A stretch of DNA of 64,000 nt from a bacterium. Its GTDB lineage: Bacteria > RBG-13-61-14 > DATKZS01. This document shows positions 27,716-37,572 of the stretch, in pieces. Positions within the stretch are counted from its first letter, which is position 1; the number at the start of each line of letters is the position of its first letter. The position numbers and the translations under genes are program-made. The notes beneath the pieces are model-generated. The model saw only the letters and a list, made by a program, of their open reading frames with translations. It had not been told where the DNA came from and searched no databases. The stretch spans positions 1,185,511 to 1,249,510 of the forward strand of contig CAXXFL010000006.1 in the NCBI GenBank assembly GCA_963674965.2, given 5' to 3'.

Positions 27716-28308
27716 TTCGCGCTTACGTCAACCTCGGCGTGGGCCACGCCCTGGTCGATGGTAACCTTGGAGGGAAGTCCGCTTTTCTGGATGAGATAGA
27801 ACACCCGCCTGTTACCCGCGTCGATATCGGCCACCAGGCATTTGGCGCCCCCCCGCCTGGCCAGCTCGATCATCACGTTTATCATGGCCGTGCCCAGTCC
27901 CCTGTTCTGGTAGTAATCGTGCACGATTATGGCTATCTCTCCCTTGACGCCCGGGTCGGTCTCGACGTAGTTGACCAGTCCCACGACCTTGGGGTCTTGA
28001 TCGCCCGCGGCCTCGGCCAGAAGCGATCTTACGCCGGGCGGATCGTTCTTCATAAGCCGGTCGAGATAGCGTATGGGAACGCCCACTCCCGGGGAAAGGA
28101 ATCGGGTATAAAGCGTCTCGGAATTGCAGGTCATGAACATGCGTTCCAAAAGCGGCTTGTCCTCCGCCGCGGCCGGGCGCACCACCAGCCGGGCGCCGTC
28201 CTTGGTGGACGTCTCCGCCTTGATGAAGTTACCCCTATCGTCAAACTCGAGTTCCAAAATGAAAGGTATCCCGCGTAAAGGCCAGGCAAACTCGCTCGGC
28301 GATTTCAC
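27712..28308 (-). CDS. GNAT acetyltransferase (Pat-like GNAT domain)
   Basis: DG..L.VRP, TLYTRFLS, EIAIIVHD and YQNRGLGT acetyl-CoA binding motif. Start uncertain. Confidence 0.8.
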   Translation of the reverse strand: MKSPSEFAWPLRGIPFILELEFDDRGNFIKAETSTKDGARLVVRPAAAEDKPLLERMFMTCNSETLYTRFLSPGVGVPIRYLDRLMKNDPPGVRSLLAEAAGDQDPKVVGLVNYVETDPGVKGEIAIIVHDYYQNRGLGTAMINVMIELARRGGAKCLVADIDAGNRRVFYLIQKSGLPSKVTIDQGVAHAEVDVSAN

Positions 28309-28600
28309 CGCCTACAGAATAAATCCCGCCGCTTTGAAGGTCAAGGAAGGAACGCCAAGAGACCGGCCGGCCGTTTTTGCGCGACTTTATAAGACGGAGT
28401 AAAGAGAAAAACGAAAGGCCCTCGAGAAGACGATAAAGCCCTGAAGCAAGGAGGTCTTGTCCTCCTTTGAGGTTTTTCCTCGCTCGACTCGATCCATCGG
28501 CCGCGTCAAAACGAGCGCCGTCAACTCTCGGTTGACTTGCATGGCGTTGCCCGGATATCCTTTAAACGTGGAAAATTATATCAGATCGGAAAAGCTATCC

Positions 28601-30625
28601 ATGAAAAACAATCACATATCAGGCCCTTTTATGGTTAAGACGAAAATCTTTTTGTCTCTCTTCGCGTTTATCGCGGCGCTTTTATGGCCGCCAATCTTCC
28701 ACGCCCGGGAACTCGAGGCCTACGACGGCGACACCCTGGAAGTGCAAGCCCCCAAGATTTGGGTCAAGGGCATCCCGATCGAAATCAAGATTAAGGTCCC
28801 GCCCGGAGCAAAAGCGTCCGAATGCAGCCTGCTGGACGGCTCCGGAAAAGCCAGGTCCTTTCCCTGCGAGCCGGGCAAGGTCACCCCGGTCCCGGAAGCG
28901 GTGATCGGCTCGTCCGGGACCCACGCCATGACCGCCGCCGCCGGGGATATGAAAGCCGGTTTCTCCGTGCGGGTGATCCATGGATTGCTGACCCTTCTTC
29001 CCCCCCTTATAGCCATCGGCCTGGCCCTCGCCTTCCGCCAGGTGGTGGCCGCCCTCTGGATAAGCATATGGGTGGGAGCGCTGGTGCTGTACGACTGGAG
29101 CCCCTTTACGGCTGTGGCCCGCTCGATAGACCACTACATCATCGGGTCCATGGCCGACTCGGGCAACGCCTCGATGCTGGTGTTTATCATCTTCATGGGC
29201 GGACTGATCGGCATCATCGCCAAAAGCGGAGGGATACAGGGCGTGGTCGAGCTTATCGCCAAACGGGCGACCTCGGCCATGCGCGGGCAGGTGGCGGCCT
29301 TCCTCATGGGCATGTTCATCTTCTTCGACGATTACGCCAACACCATCATCGTGGGCACGACCATGCGTCCCATCTCGGACAAGCTCCGGATATCGCGCGA
29401 GAAGCTGTCCTATATCGTGGACTCGACGGCCGCCCCCGTGGCCTCCATCTTTCCCATCTCCACCTGGATCGGATACGAGGTCGGCCTTATCGACAAGGCC
29501 CTCTCGAGCATCGGATCGGGCGACAGCGGCTACATGATGTTTATCGAGTCCATCCTTTATCGCTTTTATCCCATCTTCGCCCTGGCCCTGGTGCTGATGG
29601 TGGCCCTGACCGGCAGGGAAATCGGTCCCATGCTCAAGGCCGAGCGCCGCGCCAGGAGGGAGGGAAAACCCCTGCGGGACGGGGCCATCCCCATGTCCAC
29701 CATGGAAAGCGAGCGGGTGAATCCGCCCGAGGGAAAACCCCGGAGATGGTACAACGCGCTCGTTCCCCTCCTTTTCGTCATCGGCGTGACCTTTTACGGA
29801 CTCTGGGTAAACGGCCTGGCCGAGCTTGGCGGCGGCGTGGCCGAGGTGCGGGCCAATTCCTCCGCTTACGGCCCCTTGTGGGGGCCGATATATGTCCTGG
29901 GCCAGGTCTTCTCGGCCGCCTCGCCGAACGTGGTGCTGGCCTGGGCCAGCCTGGGCGGATGCATATTGACGGTCGTCTTGGTGGTGGGACAGAGAATACT
30001 GACCATGGCCGAGGCCATGCAGGCCTGGCTCAGCGGAGTCGAGTCCATGGTCATAGCCATCGTGGTGTTGCTTATGGCCTGGAGTCTCGGCTCGGTCTGC
30101 GGGGACCTGCACACGGCCGAGTACCTCACCACCAGCCTGGCCGGGACTCTCAGCCCCCACGCCCTGCCCGTCCTGACCTTTGTCCTGGCCGGCGGCATAA
30201 GCTTCGCCACCGGCACCAGCTACGGCACCATGGCCATATTGATGCCGCTGGTGATACCCATCGCCAACCGGCTCTGCCTCGACGCGGGCATGGGACAGGC
30301 GGACCAGCATTACATCCTCGTCGGCGTGGTATCGAGCGTCCTGGCGGGCTCGGTTTTCGGGGACCACTGTTCGCCCATCTCGGACACCACCATCATGTCC
30401 AGCATGGCCAGCGGCTCGGACCACGTGGACCACGTCAGGACCCAGCTTCCCTACGCCATTTTAGCGGGACTTGTGGGAATAGTCCTCGGCAGCCTGCCGG
30501 CGGCCTTCGGAGTAAGCCCCCTTGTCAGCATAACGCTTGGAGTCGCCGCCATGGCCGGTGTATTATATTTATTTGGCAGAAAAGTTGACGAAAACGATAA
30601 AACAGTGGCTCCCGCTTCCGAATAG
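28601..30625 (+). CDS. Na+/H+ antiporter NhaC family transporter with N-terminal soluble domain
   Basis: FFDDYAN, DSTAAP, FATGTSYGT and GDHCSPISDTT; start 28601 or 28631. Confidence 0.88.
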   Translation: MKNNHISGPFMVKTKIFLSLFAFIAALLWPPIFHARELEAYDGDTLEVQAPKIWVKGIPIEIKIKVPPGAKASECSLLDGSGKARSFPCEPGKVTPVPEAVIGSSGTHAMTAAAGDMKAGFSVRVIHGLLTLLPPLIAIGLALAFRQVVAALWISIWVGALVLYDWSPFTAVARSIDHYIIGSMADSGNASMLVFIIFMGGLIGIIAKSGGIQGVVELIAKRATSAMRGQVAAFLMGMFIFFDDYANTIIVGTTMRPISDKLRISREKLSYIVDSTAAPVASIFPISTWIGYEVGLIDKALSSIGSGDSGYMMFIESILYRFYPIFALALVLMVALTGREIGPMLKAERRARREGKPLRDGAIPMSTMESERVNPPEGKPRRWYNALVPLLFVIGVTFYGLWVNGLAELGGGVAEVRANSSAYGPLWGPIYVLGQVFSAASPNVVLAWASLGGCILTVVLVVGQRILTMAEAMQAWLSGVESMVIAIVVLLMAWSLGSVCGDLHTAEYLTTSLAGTLSPHALPVLTFVLAGGISFATGTSYGTMAILMPLVIPIANRLCLDAGMGQADQHYILVGVVSSVLAGSVFGDHCSPISDTTIMSSMASGSDHVDHVRTQLPYAILAGLVGIVLGSLPAAFGVSPLVSITLGVAAMAGVLYLFGRKVDENDKTVAPASE

Positions 30626-30634
30626 AGGTGCAAT

Positions 30635-33280
30635 ATGAAAGGGCCTTCCGAGCTGAAACCTGTCCTTTTCAGGGTGGGCGCCGCGGCCCTGGCCATTGGC
30701 GTCATAGCCCAGATAGCTTTTATCGTCGCCGGAGTGGGACCTCTCAAGTCGGTGGTCCTCGCCCTGGCCACGGGCCTTCTGGGCGGGGCCGCCGCCGCGG
30801 GAATCGGCCGCCTCTTTAACGGCGGTCCGGCCGGCGGCCATATCACGCTCGAGATGGCCGAGCGCCTGGCGACCGACATCCGGAAGGCGGCGGCGGGCGA
30901 CTTGTCGGAGGATTGGAAAGACCTTCCCGCCAAGGTGGGCGGAAAGGACGCGGTGATTCCTTTCCGCCAGTTCCACCGCAAGCTGGCGGGCCTTCTGACC
31001 GAGGCCAACCGCATGGGCCTTTCCCTTAGCCAACTAGGCCAGGCCATCCTGGACCAGGCCGACATGCTCTCGGAGGGAGCGGACGACCAGAGCGCGGCCG
31101 TTATCGAGTCGACCCAGGAGATGGAGTCCATCAACTCGGCCCTGCGCGACGTGGTGTCCAACGTCGAGGACCTGTCGGCCCTGGGCGACGAGGTATCCAG
31201 CTCGACCTACCAGATGATCGCCAACATCAAGCAGTTCAATCAGAACGCTCAGGAGCTCAGGAGCTCCGTCCAGGACTCGGTAAGCGCCATCGAGGAGATG
31301 ACGGGCAACATCCACGGGGTGGCCGAGTCGGCCGACTCCCTCTCGAGCGCGGCCGAGCAGAGCCGGGTTTCCATGGAGGAGATACGCCGCGCCACCCAGT
31401 CCATAAAGGACAGGGCCGACGACGCCTCGAGGCTCGCCGTCAAGGCCAAGGAAGGGGCCGAGCTGGGCAAGGACATCCTGACCAAAACCGTGAGCGGGGT
31501 AAGGGAGCTGTCTTCCGTCATAGACGAGACCAGGTCGGTCATGGCCAGGCTGGGGGAGCAGTCGCGCTCGATCGGGGAGATTCTCCACGTCATTACCTCC
31601 ATGGCCTCGGACACCCACCTGCTCTCCCTTAACGCCTCGATCATGGCGGCCAAGGCCGGCGAGCACGGCCGGGGTTTCGCTGTTGTGGCCCAGGAGATCA
31701 AGACCCTGGCCCAGCGCACGGCCGACAGCGCCAAGGAAATCGAGGACCTTATCTTCGGCACTCAGGAGAGCGTGGACGAGGCCATCCGCTCCATCGAGGA
31801 CGGCGTCAAAAAGGCCAAGTCCAACATGCGCCTTTCCGAGGAGGCGGACCTGGCCCTGGCCGACGTGCTCGAGAAAGTCGACGTGGCCGCCAAGAACGCC
31901 CTCGAGATCGCCCGCGCCACCGAGGACCAGGCATCCACCAGCCGCCAGGTCTTCCAGGCCGTGGACGAGGTGGCCAACGGGTCGGAAAGGATAAGGATAG
32001 CCACCAGGGAGCAGGAGGAATCGTCCCGCTTCGTCAGGGAAAGGGCCGTCGCCAACCAGGACCTGGTCACGCACATGGCCCAGTCCATGAGCGAGCAGGC
32101 CGACGCCTCGAGACGAATCTCCCAGGCCATGGAACAGTTGACCGGCGGCATCGAGAGTATCAAGTTCGCGACAGACGAGCAGGCCAAAAGCTCAGCCGGC
32201 GTGCTGACGGCCATCGAGTCGATAAGGAGGAAGGCCGACCTGGTGGCGGCGGGGGCGCAAAACGTCAACAACACCGCCATGAGCGTGCTCAATCACGCGC
32301 TGCTGCTGCGGCACGAGTTAAAGGGAATGAAGCTGCCCGTCCTCGAGGACCTTCACGCCCTGGGACTCCTCTTCGACAACATGCGGGAGGAAAGGTGGAG
32401 AAGGGAAAGACAAACCTTTGAAAAGAGGGCGAAAGAGCTGGGCGTGAACCTCGAGATAAGGGTCGCCGACGGGAACCACGCGGCCCAGGAAAAACAGGGC
32501 CGGGAACTGATCGCCAAGGGGGTGGACCTCTTGATCGTGATCCCCGTGGACGGGGAGGCCGCCGCGACCATAGCCAGGGAGGCCAAGAAGGCCAAGGTGC
32601 CGGTGGTGGCCTACGACCGGCTGGTCAAGAACGCGGAACTCGATCTATACGTTAGCTTCAACGGCCCTCAAATGGGGCGGATGCAGGCATTGTTCGCCGT
32701 GCAGAAGGCCAAAGGCTCGAGGGTCCTTATCCTCGCCGGCTCGCCCACCGACTCGAACTCCCACAACCTTTACAAGGGCCAGATGGAGATACTTGCCCCA
32801 CTCGTCAAGGCCGGAGGGATCAAGGTCGTGGACGAGCAGTGGATAACGGACTGGTCCCCCGAGCAGGCCTACATGACCACCCTGGGAGTGCTCCAGTCAA
32901 AGGGACCCGTGGACGCCGTGATCGCCGCCAACGACGGCATAGCGGGAGGGGCCATAAGGGCCATAAACGAACTGATGCCCGGACGCCCGGTGGTGGTCAC
33001 CGGCATGGACGCCGAGCTCGAGGCCTGCCGCCGCATAGTAAAGGGCTCGCAGGGCATGACCATATTCATGTCCGTACGGCTCCAGGCAAGCCGAGCCATC
33101 GAGGCCGCCATGCTCATGCTGAGGGAAGAGGAAATCCCCGGCGTCAACGACTCGGTGGACAACGGGGCGGGCTCGGTCCCGTCCATTTTGCTCCGCCCCA
33201 TCAAGGTGGACGCGGACAACATGGAAGAGGTAATCGTCAACGAGGGCTTCCACTCCCGCGAGGATATTTACCGATCTTAA
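30635..33280 (+). CDS. Methyl-accepting chemotaxis protein with C-terminal XylF-like sugar-binding domain
   Basis: N-terminal TM hairpin; MCP tip IGEI...THLLSLNASIMAAKAGEHGRGFAVVAQEI; C-terminal ERW..E, AYDRL, AANDG.AGG and TG.DA periplasmic-binding-protein type I motifs in the same frame. Confidence 0.85.
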   Translation: MKGPSELKPVLFRVGAAALAIGVIAQIAFIVAGVGPLKSVVLALATGLLGGAAAAGIGRLFNGGPAGGHITLEMAERLATDIRKAAAGDLSEDWKDLPAKVGGKDAVIPFRQFHRKLAGLLTEANRMGLSLSQLGQAILDQADMLSEGADDQSAAVIESTQEMESINSALRDVVSNVEDLSALGDEVSSSTYQMIANIKQFNQNAQELRSSVQDSVSAIEEMTGNIHGVAESADSLSSAAEQSRVSMEEIRRATQSIKDRADDASRLAVKAKEGAELGKDILTKTVSGVRELSSVIDETRSVMARLGEQSRSIGEILHVITSMASDTHLLSLNASIMAAKAGEHGRGFAVVAQEIKTLAQRTADSAKEIEDLIFGTQESVDEAIRSIEDGVKKAKSNMRLSEEADLALADVLEKVDVAAKNALEIARATEDQASTSRQVFQAVDEVANGSERIRIATREQEESSRFVRERAVANQDLVTHMAQSMSEQADASRRISQAMEQLTGGIESIKFATDEQAKSSAGVLTAIESIRRKADLVAAGAQNVNNTAMSVLNHALLLRHELKGMKLPVLEDLHALGLLFDNMREERWRRERQTFEKRAKELGVNLEIRVADGNHAAQEKQGRELIAKGVDLLIVIPVDGEAAATIAREAKKAKVPVVAYDRLVKNAELDLYVSFNGPQMGRMQALFAVQKAKGSRVLILAGSPTDSNSHNLYKGQMEILAPLVKAGGIKVVDEQWITDWSPEQAYMTTLGVLQSKGPVDAVIAANDGIAGGAIRAINELMPGRPVVVTGMDAELEACRRIVKGSQGMTIFMSVRLQASRAIEAAMLMLREEEIPGVNDSVDNGAGSVPSILLRPIKVDADNMEEVIVNEGFHSREDIYRS

Positions 33281-33289
33281 GGCCGACGC

Positions 33290-34072
33290 GTGGACTCCAA
33301 GGAGAACCATAGGCTCCCGGTCCTCGTTTCCATTCCCCACGGGGGCATATGGACCCCGCCCGAGCTTTTGGGCAAGGTCAACCTCAACGATTTCGAGATG
33401 CTCGGCGAGTCCGACGCCTTTACCCACTCCATCTACGACATTGGCGACGCGGCCCTGGCGGGCGTCTATAAATCGGACGTGGCCAGGGCCCTGGTGGACC
33501 TCAACCGGCCGCCCGATCACCTGCCCCCCCGAAAACTGGACGGCGTTATCAAGGACGTCACGACCTACGGAATCAAGGTATACAAGGAAGACATGACGCC
33601 GGACGAGGCCCTGATAAAAAGTCTTCTCGGCCGATATTATTTTCCTTATCACGAGTCCATCGCGGAGGCCCTGGCCACGCCGGGCCTGAAGCTGGCGCTC
33701 GATTGCCATTCCATGGCCTCCGCCGGTCCGACCCTGGCCAGGGACGCCGGCCAAAGACGCCCTCTTATATGCCTGGGAAACGTAAGGGGCAAATCCTGCC
33801 GGGACCCAGTCCTGGAAAGATTGAAGGAATGCTTTGTCCGTTCCTTCGGGCTGAAGGATGAAGACGTGGCCTTGAACCGTCCCTTCTCGGGCGGGTATAT
33901 CACCCGGCACTACGGGATGAACCCGGTCCCCTGGGTGCAGGTCGAGATCAGCCGGGCCCTTTACCTCGAGTATCCCTGGTTCGATCAGACCACCCTGGAA
34001 ATGGACCCCTCCCGCCTCGCCGAGCTGAACCTTTTCTTTAAAGAGGCGCTTCTCACCTTCTTCGGCCAGTAA
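33290..34072 (+). CDS. N-formylglutamate amidohydrolase family protein
   Basis: SIPHGG, VDLNR, PYH, DCHSM, N.PFSGGYIT and QVEISR.LY. Confidence 0.88.
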   Translation: MDSKENHRLPVLVSIPHGGIWTPPELLGKVNLNDFEMLGESDAFTHSIYDIGDAALAGVYKSDVARALVDLNRPPDHLPPRKLDGVIKDVTTYGIKVYKEDMTPDEALIKSLLGRYYFPYHESIAEALATPGLKLALDCHSMASAGPTLARDAGQRRPLICLGNVRGKSCRDPVLERLKECFVRSFGLKDEDVALNRPFSGGYITRHYGMNPVPWVQVEISRALYLEYPWFDQTTLEMDPSRLAELNLFFKEALLTFFGQ

Positions 34073-34197
34073 ACGATTTCCCGCCGCGCGCCCACGCCAT
34101 CTTTGCTCACGCGGGACCAAAGCCGGGGCCGGTAAGGGGAGAGTTTTTTTCGCTTCATATTTCGCCTGGGAATCGCCGGCTCGCCGCCAAACGGTCT

Positions 34198-34226
34198 TTG
34201 ACATGGGAGGGCCTAGGCCATAAAAT
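34198..34226 (+). promoter_or_regulatory. sigma70-type promoter of the thiolase operon
   Basis: TTGACA-N17-TAAAAT about 60 nt upstream of the ATG. Confidence 0.65.
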
Positions 34227-34287
34227 GTAAATTTGGATTTCTTCACCGGCGGCTATACAAATCTTTCATTATTAAAGGAGAATCGAC

Positions 34288-35472
34288 ATGACGGAAACTG
34301 TGATCGTGGGCGCGGCGAGAACGCCCGTAGGGTCATTTCTTGGGAGCCTCAGCGCCGTTCCGGCGCCCGAGCTTGGCGCCATAGCCATCAAGGCGGCGAT
34401 GGAAAGGGCCGGGGGCAAGCTGACTCCCGAGATGGTGGACGAGGTTATTTTCGGGTGCGTTCTTCCCGCGGCCCAGGGTCAGGCCCCCGCCCGCCAGGCC
34501 CTTATCAAGGCGGGGCTTCCGACCTCGGTGGGCGCGATCACGGTCAACAAGGTCTGCGGCTCGGGCATGAGGACGACCATGCTGGGCGACTCGATGATCC
34601 GGGCGGGCGACGCGGACATTCTCGTCACCGGCGGAATGGAAAACATGAGCCTTGCGCCTTACGCCCTGCCGGCGGCCCGGACGGGCATGCGCATGGGCCC
34701 GAGCACGGCGGTGGACACCATGGTGAACGACGGATTATGGGACCCCTACGACAACCGCCACATGGGCTCTTTCGCCGACATGTGCGGCGAGAAGTACGGC
34801 ATCACCAGGGAGGAACAGGACCTCTTCGCCAAGCGCAGCTACGAGCGCGCCCTCGAGGCCACCGAGAAGGGATACTACAAGAACGAGATAGTGCCCGTCG
34901 AGATCAAGGGCAAAAAGGGCGTCGTGGTGGTGGACAAGGACGAGGAACCGCAGCGCTACAACTGGGACAAGATGCGGAACCTGAAACCCGCCTTCAACCC
35001 GAACGGCACGGTCACCGCGGGAAACGCCAGCTCGATCAACGACGGGGCCGCCGCCCTGGTCCTCATGAGCCGCGAGAAGGCGGAGGAACTCGGCTGCAAG
35101 CCCATCGCCTCGATCGTGGGACACGCCGTCTTCGCCCAGGACCCCGGCTGGTTCACCACCGCCCCGGCCTTCGCCATGAAGAAGGCCCTCGAGAAGACGG
35201 GCCTTACCCCCGGCCAGATGGACCTGTGGGAGATCAACGAGGCCTTCTCGGTCCAGGTGATCGCGGCGGGCAAGGAGTTCGGCGGCCTGGATTACGACAA
35301 GGTGAATATTCACGGCGGCGCGGCCTCGATAGGCCATCCCATCGGCTGCTCCGGGGCCCGGATCATCGTGACCCTCCTTTACGCCCTTAAGAAAGTGGGA
35401 GGCAAGTACGGCATGGCCAGCCTCTGTATCGGCGGCGGCGAGGGCACGGCGTTCATCGTGAAGATGGACTGA
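34288..35472 (+). CDS. Acetyl-CoA C-acetyltransferase (thiolase)
   Basis: NKVCGSG, NEAF, GHPIG and CIGGG; AAGGAG RBS. Confidence 0.95.
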   Translation: MTETVIVGAARTPVGSFLGSLSAVPAPELGAIAIKAAMERAGGKLTPEMVDEVIFGCVLPAAQGQAPARQALIKAGLPTSVGAITVNKVCGSGMRTTMLGDSMIRAGDADILVTGGMENMSLAPYALPAARTGMRMGPSTAVDTMVNDGLWDPYDNRHMGSFADMCGEKYGITREEQDLFAKRSYERALEATEKGYYKNEIVPVEIKGKKGVVVVDKDEEPQRYNWDKMRNLKPAFNPNGTVTAGNASSINDGAAALVLMSREKAEELGCKPIASIVGHAVFAQDPGWFTTAPAFAMKKALEKTGLTPGQMDLWEINEAFSVQVIAAGKEFGGLDYDKVNIHGGAASIGHPIGCSGARIIVTLLYALKKVGGKYGMASLCIGGGEGTAFIVKMD

Positions 35473-35489
35473 GCTAAAAGGAGAAACCT

Positions 35490-36272
35490 ATGAGCGACGA
35501 CCTGGTACTCATGGAGACGGAGGAGGGCGTAGCCACCCTCACCATCAACCGTCCCAAGGCGCTCAACGCCCTGAACGCCCACGTGCTTCTCGCGCTGCGC
35601 GACCGACTTCTCGAGTGCGGCGGGCGGGACGACGTGGCGGTCGTCATTATCACGGGCGCGGGCGACAAGAGTTTCGTGGCGGGGGCGGACATAGCCGAGA
35701 TGCGGGACATGACTCCCCGCGAGGCCATGGCCTTCGCCGAGATCGGCCAGAGCGTTTTCCGCCTCATCGAGCAATTGCCCAAGTGCGTGATAGCGGCGGT
35801 CAACGGCTACGCCCTGGGCGGCGGCACGGAGCTGGCCATATCCTGTGATATCATTCTGGCCTCGGAGAAGGCCAGGTTCGGCACGCCCGAGGTCAACCTG
35901 GGCGTATTCCCCGGCTTTGGAGGCACGCAGCGCCTGACCAGGCTTCTGGGCAAGTCGCGGGCCAAGGAGGTCGTGTTCACGGGCGAGATGTTCGACGCGG
36001 CCCGGGCCCTGGCCATCGGCCTCATCAACCGCATCTGTCCCCCCGAGGAACTGATGGAGGAGGCCAGGAACCTGGCCAGGACCATCCAGACCAAGGGACC
36101 CGTGGCGGTCGGCCTGGCCAAGCAGGCCATCGAGGTCGGGTACGACGAGGACCTGGACAAGGCCCTGCTCATCGAGCGGGCGCTCTTTTCCCAGTGCTTC
36201 GACACCGAGGACCAGAAGGAGGGCATGTCCGCCTTCGTCGAGAAAAGGGACCCCGCCTTCAAGGGAAAATAA
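35490..36272 (+). CDS. Enoyl-CoA hydratase (crotonase)
   Basis: NRPKALNAL, FVAGADI, ALGGGTE, PEV.LG and GGTQRL. Confidence 0.93.
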   Translation: MSDDLVLMETEEGVATLTINRPKALNALNAHVLLALRDRLLECGGRDDVAVVIITGAGDKSFVAGADIAEMRDMTPREAMAFAEIGQSVFRLIEQLPKCVIAAVNGYALGGGTELAISCDIILASEKARFGTPEVNLGVFPGFGGTQRLTRLLGKSRAKEVVFTGEMFDAARALAIGLINRICPPEELMEEARNLARTIQTKGPVAVGLAKQAIEVGYDEDLDKALLIERALFSQCFDTEDQKEGMSAFVEKRDPAFKGK

Positions 36273-36347
36273 GGACCGGCGTCCAAAACGGACGCGGCCG
36301 GCGGCGGGACCTGAGTATTGGTCCCCCCCGGGTAAAGGAGGTTTAAG

Positions 36348-37487
36348 ATGTTCGACCTGAACGAAGAACAGAAAATGATCCAGGACATGACGCGCGACTT
36401 CGCCAAGAACGCCGTGGCCCCCCGCGCGCCCGAGATCGACCGGAACCACGAGTACCCGGCCGACCTTATCAAGCAGATGTCCGAGCTAGGCCTCATGGGG
36501 GTCGAGGTCCCCGACCAGTACGGGGGCGCCGGCATGGACGCCCTTTGCTACGCCATCGCGGTCGAGGAGATAAGCGCCGCCTGCGCCAGCACCGGCGTGA
36601 TCATGAGCGCTCACAACAGCCTTTGCGTGGCCCCCATCATGAAGTTCGGGACCGAGGAGCAAAAGAAGAAATACCTGACGCCCCTGGCCAAGGGCGAGGT
36701 CATCGGCTGCCTGGGCCTTACCGAGCCCTCGGCCGGCTCGGACGCCGGCGCGGTCAAGACCAAGGCCGAGCTCAAGGGCGACGAGTGGGTGCTCAACGGC
36801 AGCAAGATATTCATCACTAACGGCCGGGAGGCGGGCACGTGCGTGATGATAGCGCGGACGGAGGACGACCCGACCCACCGGGGCCTGACGGCCTTTATCG
36901 TGCCCACCGACGCCCCGGGTTTCTCGGTGGGCAAGCTGGAGGAGAAGCTGGGCATCCTGGGCAGCTCGACGGCCGAGCTGGTCATGGAGGACTGCCGCGT
37001 GCCCAGGGAGAACATCCTCGGGGAGAGGGGCCAGGGGTTCAAGGTGGCCATGTACACGCTGGACGGCGGCAGGATCGGCATCGCCAGCCAGGCCCTCGGC
37101 ATCGCCCAGGGCGCCCTTAACGCGGCCGTGGCCTTCGCCAAGGAAAGGATACAGTTCGGCAAGCCCATCGCGTCATTCCAGGCCATCCAGTTCATGCTGG
37201 CCGACATGGCCACCGAGCTCGAGGCCGCCAGGCTCCTTACCTGGAGGGCGGCCAAGATGAAGATAGCCGGCGTCCCCTACAGCAAGGAGAGCGCCATGTG
37301 CAAGCTCTACGCCGCCGAGGTCGCCGAGCGAGTGGCCAACAAGGGCGTGCAGATTCACGGGGGCTACGGATACACCAAGGAATACCCGGCCGAGCGCTTT
37401 TACCGCGACTCCAAGATAACGGCCATTTACGAGGGCACCTCCGAGGTGCAAAGGATCGTCATCTCCAGGGCCGTCCTTTCCGACTGA
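36348..37487 (+). CDS. Acyl-CoA dehydrogenase (butyryl-CoA dehydrogenase-like)
   Basis: LTEP.AGSD, KIFITNG, LDGGRIGIA, QIHGGYGY and IYEGTSEVQ. Confidence 0.94.
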   Translation: MFDLNEEQKMIQDMTRDFAKNAVAPRAPEIDRNHEYPADLIKQMSELGLMGVEVPDQYGGAGMDALCYAIAVEEISAACASTGVIMSAHNSLCVAPIMKFGTEEQKKKYLTPLAKGEVIGCLGLTEPSAGSDAGAVKTKAELKGDEWVLNGSKIFITNGREAGTCVMIARTEDDPTHRGLTAFIVPTDAPGFSVGKLEEKLGILGSSTAELVMEDCRVPRENILGERGQGFKVAMYTLDGGRIGIASQALGIAQGALNAAVAFAKERIQFGKPIASFQAIQFMLADMATELEAARLLTWRAAKMKIAGVPYSKESAMCKLYAAEVAERVANKGVQIHGGYGYTKEYPAERFYRDSKITAIYEGTSEVQRIVISRAVLSD

Positions 37488-37505
37488 CGAGGGAGACGCG
37501 AACTC

Positions 37506-37541
37506 AAGGGACCGGGGCCTATGCCTCGGTCCTTTTTATTT
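37506..37541 (+). terminator. Intrinsic terminator after acyl-CoA dehydrogenase
   Basis: GGACCGGGGC-ctat-GCCTCGGTCC hairpin followed by TTTTTATTT. Confidence 0.75.
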
Positions 37542-37572
37542 CCCCGCCGTGACGTGCTTTACTATTCATGGA

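Noticed and set aside
28380..28600. Riboswitch upstream of the NhaC-family transporter
   Set aside because: Only short hairpins, no lysine, glycine or SAM riboswitch core; a plausible promoter (TTGACT-N18-TATCCT, 28532-28561) leaves a short leader.
28682..30588. Long alternative-frame and antisense ORFs (583 and 588 aa), with similar shadows over the dsr, MCP and GH genes
   Set aside because: They overlap genes with clear family motifs and show the Arg/Gly/Pro-rich or antisense composition expected in high-GC DNA.
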